From the IMG/VR virus record IMGVR_UViG_3300026484_000600: 64,000 bases of DNA; one strand, given 5' to 3'. The DNA comes from a virus. Lineage: Duplodnaviria > Heunggongvirae > Uroviricota > Caudoviricetes. Positions 1-8,475 of this stretch are shown here, piece after piece (position 1 is the first letter of the stretch; every line of letters starts with the position of its first letter). The notes beneath the pieces are model-generated. The model saw only the letters and a list, made by a program, of their open reading frames with translations, did not search any database and was not told where the DNA came from. A program made the translations under genes and the position numbers.

Positions 1-6
1 CATAAT

Positions 7-999
7 TTGATGGTGGATATATTTAAGTATATATCGGAAAGAATTCCAAGTAAAAGAGGGGTGGTAGCTTTAATATCATTTATTGGTGGTGTATTACCAA
101 TACCCGGTAGAGTAACTGTTTCTGCAGGCATTTTATCAAATTTAGCTCCATGTTGTAGTGAAAATGATTGTAATCAGGGAGAAAGAAATTGTAGGAAGTC
201 TAGGTCCAAATTCGGTATTATTGATTATTTATCAACACATCATTATTATTTGTGGTCGCCTTTAGAGAAAACGGTAATTTTACCAATGGCTGCATTAGGA
301 ATAAGCTGGGGTGTATTTATAGGTTACGTATGGCCCTTAATTATAATTACATTTGTGTATATTGGTTGGTATATATTTTGGAAATTTGATGAAGATGATA
401 TAATATTAGACATATCATTTTTTGATAACTATGATATTAAACGTTTTATAACTGGTGCACTACCCTTAATTTTAAGTATAGGTCTATTAGCATTTGGTTT
501 TAACGGTGCTATAATATTTGGTATCCTTACAATTTATTATATTATACTAACAAAATCATATAATATTAAAGAATTATTTGGATATGTAAATTGGTGGTTG
601 GTATTATTATTAAGTATGATATTAATATTATCGGTATTCTTTAAAAGTCATAATACAGAAATTATAGAATTTATTAATACTCATAAAAATATATTTGATA
701 TTAATACTATGTCTGGATTAATAGCGATAAGTAGTTTTGCATTTATTTCGAGTTGGTTAATGGGTAGTAGTGGAAAGTTTGCAGGGATTGTAGCATTATT
801 AACAACTATTTATGGTGTACAATATTTAGTATGGTTTTTAGTTCTTGAATTTTTTGCTTATAACATTTCGCCAATGCATAAATGTTTATCTATTGGTAGT
901 GGATATTTTGGTACTCCAATACGTCGTTATTTTGAAGCTATAATTGGTTGGCAAATTTTATTATTGATATGGGCATTTATTACAACATTCATTGTATAA
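7..999 (+). CDS. Multi-pass membrane protein of unknown function. The N-terminus may be slightly misplaced near the window edge.
   Basis: 330-aa ORF with several long hydrophobic segments and Trp/Tyr-rich TM helices. No recognisable catalytic motif. Confidence 0.45.
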   Translation: MMVDIFKYISERIPSKRGVVALISFIGGVLPIPGRVTVSAGILSNLAPCCSENDCNQGERNCRKSRSKFGIIDYLSTHHYYLWSPLEKTVILPMAALGISWGVFIGYVWPLIIITFVYIGWYIFWKFDEDDIILDISFFDNYDIKRFITGALPLILSIGLLAFGFNGAIIFGILTIYYIILTKSYNIKELFGYVNWWLVLLLSMILILSVFFKSHNTEIIEFINTHKNIFDINTMSGLIAISSFAFISSWLMGSSGKFAGIVALLTTIYGVQYLVWFLVLEFFAYNISPMHKCLSIGSGYFGTPIRRYFEAIIGWQILLLIWAFITTFIV

Positions 1000-1035
1000 T
1001 ATATATATATAATAAGTTTTTAATGGAGTTATTAA

Positions 1036-1325
1036 TGAAAGATTTTGAAATAGGTATGCAAGTTTGGTATCAAGATGAGTGGTCTGGAAAAATTTCTACT
1101 GGAATAATTTTAAGGATTACAAATAAATTTTGTATTATTGATGTTGGTCGAGGAAATACAAAAAGAAAATCTAAACACCTATTGAAAAAATCAGAAGATG
1201 AAGCTATGTTAAAAACTATATTGGATATTAACAAGGTTATTGAAGAACAATTTAGAGTAAATATTAATGAACTTTATAAAATGTTTACTAAAATGTTGGA
1301 AAAATATCCTGAAAAATTTGTATAA
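1036..1325 (+). CDS. Hypothetical small protein. The annotated 948 start is probably an upstream extension.
   Basis: The 948..1325 ORF has an internal ATG at about 1036 (MKDFEIG...) preceded by a GGAG at about 1024. The upstream part overlaps the end of the preceding gene. Confidence 0.4.
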
Positions 1326-1348
1326 TAAAATAAAAAAAAGGAATTAAA

Positions 1349-1624
1349 ATGAATTTTGAACCATTAGGAACTAGAGTAGCAGTAAAAGTAGAGGAAGCTC
1401 AAAAAACAACAGCAAGCGGTATTATTATCCCTGATTCATCAAAGGAAACTCCATCATTTGGTAAAATTGTAGCATGTAATGATGATACTAAAGAGGATTT
1501 TGGTGTTGATATTGGAACAACAGTTGTCTTTGGAAAATTTTCCGGTACTGAAATTGAATTAGATAAAGAAAAATTACTAATTATTGAAATGGATGAAATA
1601 TTTGGTATCATTCGTAATGATTAG
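1349..1624 (+). CDS. groES: GroES / T4 gp31-like co-chaperonin (Hsp10)
   Basis: The 91-aa product aligns by eye with E. coli GroES along its whole length (MNxxPLxxRVxVK...SGIIIPDS...G.VxA.G...VKVGDxVxF). RBS AAAGGA upstream. Confidence 0.85.
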   Translation: MNFEPLGTRVAVKVEEAQKTTASGIIIPDSSKETPSFGKIVACNDDTKEDFGVDIGTTVVFGKFSGTEIELDKEKLLIIEMDEIFGIIRND

Positions 1625-1632
1625 AAATAAGG

Positions 1633-1640
1633 TATAAATA
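1633..1640 (+). promoter_or_regulatory. TATAAATA element (T4 late-promoter consensus) 27 nt upstream of the 1667 ATG
   Basis: Exact TATAAATA at 1633-1640, followed by a GGAG RBS and ATG at 1667. Confidence 0.35.
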
Positions 1641-1666
1641 AGCATAATAACTTAAATGGAGATATT

Positions 1667-2497
1667 ATGCTTGAAATTAAAATTGTAAAATTTGAGGATT
1701 TGCCTCAAAAATTAAAAGATGAAGTGATTGCTAATTTTCAGGAGGATGAATTTTTAGTTCCTGAAGATTGGTATACGTGGATTTTTGATGATTTCGTTGA
1801 TAATTTAAAAAATACTTATGGAATTGATATTGATGATGATACTTTTACATTCGATCTTTATAGAAATGAATTAGAGTTTAGGGGTACAATCGATGATAGT
1901 CATAAATTTATTAAAGATATAATGTCATCAAGATTAAAAAAATATGAAGCTGATGAATGGGTATATGATTTACCATCATCTTTTGAAAATTATGAATTGG
2001 AAACTGAAGATTATTCTATTGATATTGATGTTATTGATGAATACATTAAATCTAATATTTTTTTAAATCCATTAGAAAATGATAGTAAAATAGAAATAGA
2101 GTTTGATATTGAACAGGCAATCGATAAATGGTTGAACGGATTAGATTATGAACCCGATTATAAAAACCTATTATTATCTGTTAAAACTGGAATTGCAGCT
2201 TCAAAAATGTTTTTCCAAGATGTTTATAATATGAATGTTAATGAATTTTATGATTTAACTTCTGAGATACATGCTGAAATAGAAAGTCAAATAGAAAATG
2301 AAATTGAGCTTTATGTTGAAGAAATTAATAAATTTTTAGAAGAAAAATATGATGAATTACAAACAGCATTACAATCATCATGGGATTATTTTTATAGTGA
2401 TGAATATGCAGAAGAAAATTTAAACGGTAGAGAATTTGAAGTTGAAGTTGATGAAGATGGTAATCAGGAATTAATTAGTTTTGATCCGATAAATTAG
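1667..2497 (+). CDS. Acidic hypothetical protein
   Basis: 276-aa ORF, strongly D/E-rich. Good RBS (AATGGAG). No known motif. Confidence 0.5.
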   Translation: MLEIKIVKFEDLPQKLKDEVIANFQEDEFLVPEDWYTWIFDDFVDNLKNTYGIDIDDDTFTFDLYRNELEFRGTIDDSHKFIKDIMSSRLKKYEADEWVYDLPSSFENYELETEDYSIDIDVIDEYIKSNIFLNPLENDSKIEIEFDIEQAIDKWLNGLDYEPDYKNLLLSVKTGIAASKMFFQDVYNMNVNEFYDLTSEIHAEIESQIENEIELYVEEINKFLEEKYDELQTALQSSWDYFYSDEYAEENLNGREFEVEVDEDGNQELISFDPIN

Positions 2498-2522
2498 AGA
2501 GGAATTATACCTCTCTAATTTT
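2496..2522. terminator. Bidirectional intrinsic terminator hairpin between convergent genes
   Basis: agagagg-aattata-cctctct, a perfect 7-bp GC-containing stem flanked by A/T runs. It sits exactly between the + gene ending at 2497 and the - gene ending at 2521. Confidence 0.6.
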
Positions 2523-4020
2523 AAAGTATGATTGATTCAATTTCTTTAATTAAAAAATCTTTATCATCCCATAATTTTGGTATGATTTGAAGCATACTAT
2601 CTGAAAAACCAGCTACTTCAAAAATATCAGATGTTTTTTCAATATCCAATGGTGAACCACCGCCATATCCTTCTAAATTCCAAAATAAAACTTTTACATT
2701 TGGATTGATTTCTTTACGATATGTTTTTAAATAATTTTTGAGTTGGTCACCAATATTACCCCAACTACCATACATTTGCATGTCACTAAAGACCACAATT
2801 TTATCAACATATGTTTTTGTTTTGATTAGTTCTTTTAGTGGAGCAGAAACATCAGTACCACCACCTCTAGTATTTAAATTATTGATAAAATCAAAAGATG
2901 ATAGACCTTTTATATCTCTTCTTGTACATGTATCAGCCCAAGTATAAAACAAACATTTATCATCATTCATACCTACTTTCATAGCAGCTGATAAAACTTT
3001 ACCAATATAAAATGGTGTTTTACGGTCATTACTTGAATAGCCACCCATAGAGCCTGATTCGTCAAGTAAAATAGCCACTTTTTCATCATCGGAAACAATA
3101 TTTGTATTTCCAGCTGAAAGGGCAAATGCTCTTTCAAGTGCCTTTTTAACGATATTCTTCTTAAATTCATCAATAGATAAATCTCTTACTGCATTCCATG
3201 CATCAATAAATCTAAATGGTAATACCATTGATTTTTGTACTCTTTTAGGATCAGTTATAAAATTAGACCAATGTTTTAGGTTATCTTCTGAAATATTACT
3301 TTCCATCAATGTTCTAATATTTTTTAACGCTGCCATATAACCCATTTTACCAGATTTAATTTCTTTCATATACGCTTTAACCCTATCTTCACCAGTTTTA
3401 GAGGCATTGATAGTTTGTGCTGTTTCAACGGCTTTTAATTGGTCTTCAATAACTCTTTTAAAGATAGTTTCATCATCAAAATTTTTAGGTGATGGATGTG
3501 CTAATTTAACTACATCTTTTAATTTCACTTTTGATTTTGGTTGTGCATATTTACGAAATTGATATTCATCAAATTTGGTTTCTAATGCTTTCTTAAAGGC
3601 TCTTCTAAGTGAATTTGGTACCATTTTATTTGGGTTTCTTGTATCCCAGAGTGCTAGCATTTCTGTCATATCATCTGGTCTTACAATAGCTTTTGTTAAT
3701 GCTGGACGTAAAAAATCACTTCCTTTCACATTTTCCGCCAGAATATTAGCCATAAAATGTGAAATGCTTCTAAGTCGACCGTTAGTTCTAGTGAAAACCA
3801 TAGCTTTTGCTACAAATTCAGCATCAGATTTTGATGTAGTAATAAGAGTTTCAATTCTTTTTAAACGTTCGCCTTCTTTTTCATAATATGAATCACCATT
3901 AAGCATAGAGTTTAAAACAACAGTTGCAACTTCTTTTTTTATAGGTCTATCATACGAAACACCCCCAGCCATATTAGTATTAGTTGGAATACTTTTAGTA
4001 CCTTGGTTAAATTTTGCCAT
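2521..4020 (-). CDS. rsr: Ro60-like (TROVE domain + C-terminal vWA/MIDAS) RNA-binding protein, Rsr orthologue
   Basis: The N-terminal region parallels the Ro60 N-terminus (GDSYYEKEGERLKRIETLI vs the human GGTYYIKEQKL..AEALIRLI pattern). The C-terminal vWA has a MIDAS DxSxS motif (LLDESGSMGG). Length 499 aa, typical of bacterial Rsr. Confidence 0.7.
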   Translation of the reverse strand: MAKFNQGTKSIPTNTNMAGGVSYDRPIKKEVATVVLNSMLNGDSYYEKEGERLKRIETLITTSKSDAEFVAKAMVFTRTNGRLRSISHFMANILAENVKGSDFLRPALTKAIVRPDDMTEMLALWDTRNPNKMVPNSLRRAFKKALETKFDEYQFRKYAQPKSKVKLKDVVKLAHPSPKNFDDETIFKRVIEDQLKAVETAQTINASKTGEDRVKAYMKEIKSGKMGYMAALKNIRTLMESNISEDNLKHWSNFITDPKRVQKSMVLPFRFIDAWNAVRDLSIDEFKKNIVKKALERAFALSAGNTNIVSDDEKVAILLDESGSMGGYSSNDRKTPFYIGKVLSAAMKVGMNDDKCLFYTWADTCTRRDIKGLSSFDFINNLNTRGGGTDVSAPLKELIKTKTYVDKIVVFSDMQMYGSWGNIGDQLKNYLKTYRKEINPNVKVLFWNLEGYGGGSPLDIEKTSDIFEVAGFSDSMLQIIPKLWDDKDFLIKEIESIIL

Positions 4021-4334
4021 AGGACAATCTCCTTACTTATTTAAATTTTGTAATATATTATATCCAAAAATACCTTATAATTAAATTAAAAATTGTAAAA
4101 TAAATATATAAGAGATTTAAATTACTCTTTAAATTTTATCTTAGAGATTGACCTAGAGAAAATAACTCTTCTGAAATGTTTTTATCTTAATTGATAACGC
4201 TCTAAATTACTCTACAAGTAAAAAAGATAAATTAATATCATAATTGTTTTTATTTAAGAGGTTCTTTATTACCTTGGGTATAAAATAAAGGTATTATTAT
4301 ATCAGTATATATTTTTATATGCTGGTATTTTTAT

Positions 4335-4715
4335 GGGTCCGAATTGGGATCGATGTTGCTAAAAGAAATTTAAATTGCAAGTAGAGTGATGACTTAATCA
4401 TCAAAAAAGCTTAAATGCAAACACAAAACTTTATATTCCACAGACTGCGAGAGTAGCTGCTTAATCCTCCCTTTGGGAGCCTGGAATCACTCGGTTTATT
4501 AGTTGTCTATTTACTGATAAATAATGGGTGTATAATAAAAATAGATAAGCTGAAGTTAAACTTGATACCTTTAGACGAAAATTATATCGAGTACCTTTAA
4601 TACAGATTTGTTTGGTTATCTAAGTATTAAAGTATTAAGAATCAAACTAAACTTGTAAATGAGATTTAGATGGAAGTAGTGGCAGACCCGAGTTCAATTC
4701 TCGGCGGATCCACCA
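4335..4715 (+). ncRNA. ssrA: tmRNA (SsrA), one-piece, about 381 nt
   Basis: The 5' GGGUCCG pairs with the 3' CGGAUCC-A-CCA, giving a 7-bp acceptor stem with G3:U70 and a CCA end at 4713-4715. A T-arm lies at 4688-4704 (ccgag-UUCAAUU-cucgg). A GGAUCGAUG 5' element resembles the E. coli GGAUUCGACG. The internal tag ORF starts at resume codon GCA (4417) and runs to UAA (4462-4464), encoding ANTKLYIPQTARVAA, followed by a CUCCC...GGGAG hairpin. SmpB is encoded at 23006-23455. Confidence 0.8.
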
Positions 4716-4867
4716 TTAATAAAAATAACCTTATTATATATATTTTTATTATCATTTGTATTATTATTATTATTATTTGATAATTTAGGGATAGCAACTG
4801 TTGCTGAAATGCCTAATATTACAATTACAAAAATCAATTCAATCATACTAAATCCGTAAGATTTCAT
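4694..4867 (-). CDS. Small type IV prepilin-like peptide (57 aa) with a class III signal peptide
   Basis: Unlisted short ORF. MKSYG|FSMIELIFVIVILGISATVAIP carries a prepilin leader ending in Gly, Phe+1, Glu+5 and a hydrophobic helix, then a poly-Asn tail. GAGGA RBS. The ATG is 2 nt after the RnlA stop, suggesting translational coupling. The 3' end overlaps the tmRNA 3' end antisense. Confidence 0.4.
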   Translation of the reverse strand: MKSYGFSMIELIFVIVILGISATVAIPKLSNNNNNNTNDNKNIYNKVIFINGGSAEN

Positions 4868-4869
4868 AA

Positions 4870-6273
4870 TTAATCATCCTCAATTTTTATTTCAAGCTCT
4901 TTGTCAAAACCTAATTTTTTAAGGTATTGTTTAGCCATTTCTAAACGTCTACATTCAAATTTAACTCTATCTATAACTTGTTTTTCAACTTCTTCAATAT
5001 TTTTACCATTTGCGAAACTCATTATATATGGGAAAGAACCTTTATCATCCTTAAATTTTAATGCTAAATCCTTTTTATTTCCATTCCATGAATTTTTAAA
5101 TTTGGTTTCTGCATCAGACACTATATGATTGACATGATTAACTATAATTTCAGAGATGCTATCAATAAAATCCCGTTCTTCTACATTTTCTTCTGGTATC
5201 ATTGCTATAGTATCATCGATTGTTTCATCTAAAACTTTTTCAACAATTTTATGTTCTTTTAAACCATCAGTTAAAATACCATGTAGTGACATATACCAAT
5301 CAGTTTTTACTTTAGCCATCTTACCATTTTCAAATGTGATTACCCAACCTTCTTTATCTTCAACAGTTTCTTTTAATTTAAGTAACTCATCTAATGTATA
5401 TAAAGGTTCTTGTTCAGCTGTTAATACATTGAATGCTTTTACTAATGTATGATCATATATATTTAGATATAAACCGTCATTATTTTCATCCCGTAGTTGT
5501 AGTAATTTAAGTGATGTTTCAGGATATGATAACACTATCTTATTAAACGGAGAAACTATTTCAAAGATTGCAGCATAGCCAAATTCTAAGGTTGCTAAAA
5601 TAAATGCTTTAAGTTTAGGATCTTTTTCAACTATTTCCATAGCTAATTTACATTGTTCCGCTTCAAATGAAAATTTTGTTTTAGCTACTAATTCTCCTTC
5701 TATTAAAAGAAATCTAATTGCAGAACCATCCTCTTTATTTGCAACTCTCACTATTTCTAAATCTTTTACATCTTCATACATCCAAGAATTTTCAGGCTTC
5801 AATGTTGGTAACACCTTTTTATCTAATGATAAAATCTTAAAAAAGTCTCCGTGAGTCTCGTTGTTTCTATCAAATTCAGCAACAGTCATATTTAATTTTA
5901 AATCTATTGCTCTATACGTTTTATCGTTTTCATCAACAAAAAGTTTATTAATATTACAAATTTCAGAATGATTATTAATAGAAAGTTCCATATTTGTTAT
6001 ATTAGTTCCATTTGTTTGACCAATATTAAAAAATTTATCGATGAATAGATATGTTTTCCAATCGGAATTTTGAGCTTTTACAAATGTTATACCTCTTAAT
6101 TCTGTGGCTCTAACCATAGAACCATCTAATTTTGCATCAAAAAAATCACCTGCATTTGCTAAAAAATAAGTACACATTGCAATTTCTGTATTGCCTATTT
6201 TTTGATGTTTCATTTTGAAAGTTTCATTTATTTTTGTGATTTCTAATACTTCATTGTAAGTTAATAAAGCCAT
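4870..6273 (-). CDS. rnlA: RNA ligase 1 (T4 RnlA family, tRNA repair ligase)
   Basis: ELRGITF and KFFNIGQ match T4 Rnl1 ECRGIMF and KFFNLNE. Nucleotidyltransferase motif I KEDGS (T4 K99 EDGSL). 467 aa. Confidence 0.75.
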   Translation of the reverse strand: MALLTYNEVLEITKINETFKMKHQKIGNTEIAMCTYFLANAGDFFDAKLDGSMVRATELRGITFVKAQNSDWKTYLFIDKFFNIGQTNGTNITNMELSINNHSEICNINKLFVDENDKTYRAIDLKLNMTVAEFDRNNETHGDFFKILSLDKKVLPTLKPENSWMYEDVKDLEIVRVANKEDGSAIRFLLIEGELVAKTKFSFEAEQCKLAMEIVEKDPKLKAFILATLEFGYAAIFEIVSPFNKIVLSYPETSLKLLQLRDENNDGLYLNIYDHTLVKAFNVLTAEQEPLYTLDELLKLKETVEDKEGWVITFENGKMAKVKTDWYMSLHGILTDGLKEHKIVEKVLDETIDDTIAMIPEENVEERDFIDSISEIIVNHVNHIVSDAETKFKNSWNGNKKDLALKFKDDKGSFPYIMSFANGKNIEEVEKQVIDRVKFECRRLEMAKQYLKKLGFDKELEIKIEDD

Positions 6274-6358
6274 TTTTAAGACCCTTTATTTTAAATATAT
6301 ATGAATTATATCTAAAAAAGTCTTAAAAAAATATAAAAGGGTGATAATTTTTTAGTGT

Positions 6359-7510
6359 TTATTCGGTTCTGTAAATATAAAAATTTTCAGTTTCTCCGTT
6401 TAATGATACGGTTTCTTCATATTCCTCACCGTCATATGATGCAATATTAGTACCTCTACCATCTGTATCGACAATCCATTCTATAAAAGCATCTTCGTCT
6501 AATAATCCATGTTCTTTTACTATATCAGAAATATCACCGATATTATTTTTCCAGTATTCAACACCATCTTCATCATCAACTCGTGTTTCTGCAAATTCTT
6601 CAATATTATTATCAATATCATCTTCTAAATCTGATTTATATTCTTCTTTTTCACGTTCCCAAGCTTCAATCGCATCATCATATTCCTCTTGAGCTTCTTC
6701 TTCTAAACGATCTTGTTCTTCTTCCCACTCTTCTTCTGCATTTGATAATTCATCTTCCCATTTACTATGCGCTTCTTCCCACTCTTCTTCAGTTTCATAA
6801 TCATTTTTTACCGGTTCATTATCATAAAAATCTGAACTATCAAATTCCTCTCTTTCATAGGTATAATCTGATTCATCTGGTTCTTCGGGCCATTCTGGTT
6901 CAGAAAGAATGCCTAACTCTACCATTTCCTCATGTAATCTATTAATGTATTCATCGGAATTTGTACCTTCGTGTTTGATATCTTCAGCATAACTCATACT
7001 CATTTCAATTTTTGCATCATCAAACCAATCAGTATCAATAAAATTATCTAATGCATGATCCCTAGCCCATTCACTAAATCCATCAAATCCCACATCATCT
7101 AATAAATTTTCAACTCGTTCTTTAGCTATTTCATCAGCTTCATCATCAGTTAAAACTAAATATTTTTCTCTTCCAGATGTAAAAGTATATGGGTCTCTAT
7201 CTTCTTCTATATCTACAAAATCATATCCAGAATATTGATGTAATGCTAAGGCTCTCATAGGATCTGAAAAATCACTTAATGTAACAAAATTTTTTAATTC
7301 ATCAACTAAATCATCATCAATATTGTGGTCAGTCATATCAATTTCATCATCTGAAAAAAATAATTTTCCGGCTTCAATCCATTTTCCTAAAAATTCACCT
7401 AATTCTGTTGAAATTTCTAAATCATCAGGAATAAACTCGCCTTTATCTATTCTTCCTGATACTTCTATATCCCCATACTCTGTTTTTATTAATATATTAT
7501 CAACTCGCAT
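6359..7510 (-). CDS. Highly acidic hypothetical protein
   Basis: 383 aa, extremely D/E-rich with repeated EEWEE/DDxDD segments. No catalytic motif. Confidence 0.5.
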   Translation of the reverse strand: MRVDNILIKTEYGDIEVSGRIDKGEFIPDDLEISTELGEFLGKWIEAGKLFFSDDEIDMTDHNIDDDLVDELKNFVTLSDFSDPMRALALHQYSGYDFVDIEEDRDPYTFTSGREKYLVLTDDEADEIAKERVENLLDDVGFDGFSEWARDHALDNFIDTDWFDDAKIEMSMSYAEDIKHEGTNSDEYINRLHEEMVELGILSEPEWPEEPDESDYTYEREEFDSSDFYDNEPVKNDYETEEEWEEAHSKWEDELSNAEEEWEEEQDRLEEEAQEEYDDAIEAWEREKEEYKSDLEDDIDNNIEEFAETRVDDEDGVEYWKNNIGDISDIVKEHGLLDEDAFIEWIVDTDGRGTNIASYDGEEYEETVSLNGETENFYIYRTE

Positions 7511-7769
7511 CGTATTGATCTCTATTTAAAGAATATTCTAAGATATTAATTGAATCGCCGCCATTATCATCAAATGAAACTCTTAGATTATCTGATGTCT
7601 CTCTACCAATCCATATCGCATCTTTAAGATTCTGTCTTGGTCCTTCGCCTATAAACTCAAGAAAAATTTCTTCACCCTGGCTTCTAAATGATATATCTTG
7701 AGATAATTCTTTTTTTGATTTAATTTTTTTTAATGTCTCTTCCATTTCTTTTACTGTTGAAAATTTCAT
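7500..7769 (-). CDS. Hypothetical protein
   Basis: 89-aa ORF in the operon, overlapping its upstream neighbour by 11 nt. Confidence 0.4.
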   Translation of the reverse strand: MKFSTVKEMEETLKKIKSKKELSQDISFRSQGEEIFLEFIGEGPRQNLKDAIWIGRETSDNLRVSFDDNGGDSINILEYSLNRDQYDAS

Positions 7770-7807
7770 AAATATTCTCCATATTCTATTTTTAATATAT
7801 TTATACT

Positions 7808-8329
7808 CTAAATCATAAAATGGTTTAATCTTTTTAAAATTTTAGAGACTGTCTTTTCAGTTAGACCTATGTATGGATTTGTTTCAAAAACTCTATCTCT
7901 AAATATTTCCCTCATATTATTACTAACAAATTCAGAATTTCCAGTAATATCAAATAATTCATCATCTAAAATAATAAAATCTTTCACTTTGAAATATTCA
8001 ACAGCATCTAAAATTTGTTTGCCCCTACCATAAGATTTTCTATCTGTTCCACCAATAATTCTATTAGTATATTTAAATCCAAAGTTTTCTAAAGCTTTAA
8101 CTGTATTAACTGAATAATACCACGAACTCGAGATTATTACTTTCCAATCATTATTTTCAAGGATTTTATTTAATAAAGTGACTTTATCATAATCCATACC
8201 CATTAATCCATTCCATTTATTTTGAGTACCTTTAACTGGATTTTGTATATATCCATTTGGAAAAGTAAATGATTTTTGAAGATGATAATTATTTAAAACG
8301 CCGTCAATATCTAAAAATAACGCGTTCAT
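7808..8329 (-). CDS. HAD-superfamily phosphatase (possible polynucleotide/nucleotide phosphatase)
   Basis: HAD motif I FLDIDGVL, motif II IISSS, motif IV ILDDE. 173 aa. Confidence 0.55.
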   Translation of the reverse strand: MNALFLDIDGVLNNYHLQKSFTFPNGYIQNPVKGTQNKWNGLMGMDYDKVTLLNKILENNDWKVIISSSWYYSVNTVKALENFGFKYTNRIIGGTDRKSYGRGKQILDAVEYFKVKDFIILDDELFDITGNSEFVSNNMREIFRDRVFETNPYIGLTEKTVSKILKRLNHFMI

Positions 8330-8475
8330 TCAACTACTTCAATAGTAAAATCTTTATGATTTTCATAAAATGCTGATATGATGTTTAAGTCATGAACAGA
8401 CAAACCACATTCCCAAATGTTAAGTATTTTAAATTCGCCTGTTTTAATACAAGTTATTTTTAATTCATCAAACAT
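8326..8475 (-). CDS. Small hypothetical protein (49 aa)
   Basis: Unlisted short ORF with a strong TAAGGAG RBS. Its stop overlaps the ATG of the HAD phosphatase gene (ATGA). Confidence 0.35.
   Translation of the reverse strand: MFDELKITCIKTGEFKILNIWECGLSVHDLNIISAFYENHKDFTIEVVE

Noticed and set aside
948-1325. Listed 125-aa ORF starting at 948 and overlapping the end of the first gene
   Set aside because: The 5' 90 nt overlap the 7..999 gene in another frame and lack an RBS. The internal ATG at about 1036 with a GGAG is the likelier start.
1399-1611. 70-aa minus-strand ORF inside groES, plus many other short antisense ORFs (2738-2947, 3575-3886, 4901-5128, 5156-5452, 6583-6945, 7323-7529, 10483-10707, 11575-11787, 11784-12023, 13613-13831, 13740-13925, 18389-18604, 21942-22196, 22063-22275, 25158-25382, 25931-26158, 26370-26555, 31788-32063, 32632-32814, 33775-33969, 34090-34437, 37848-38294, 43579-43761, 44926-45168, 45536-45766, 46117-46320, 48306-48710, 49392-49607, 56753-57022, 57713-58045, 60474-60656, 63443-63643)
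   Set aside because: All lie wholly inside longer ORFs that have recognisable homology or consistent operon structure. They show the Leu/Ile/Phe/Ser-rich composition expected of antisense frames in AT-rich DNA.
4688-4715. tRNA-like T-arm plus acceptor/CCA on the + strand that first looked like the 3' half of a stand-alone tRNA gene
   Set aside because: No matching 5' acceptor strand lies 70-90 nt upstream. The pairing partner GGGUCCG is 380 nt upstream, and the intervening sequence carries a tag ORF and pseudoknot-like hairpins. It is the tRNA-like domain of a tmRNA, not a tRNA.
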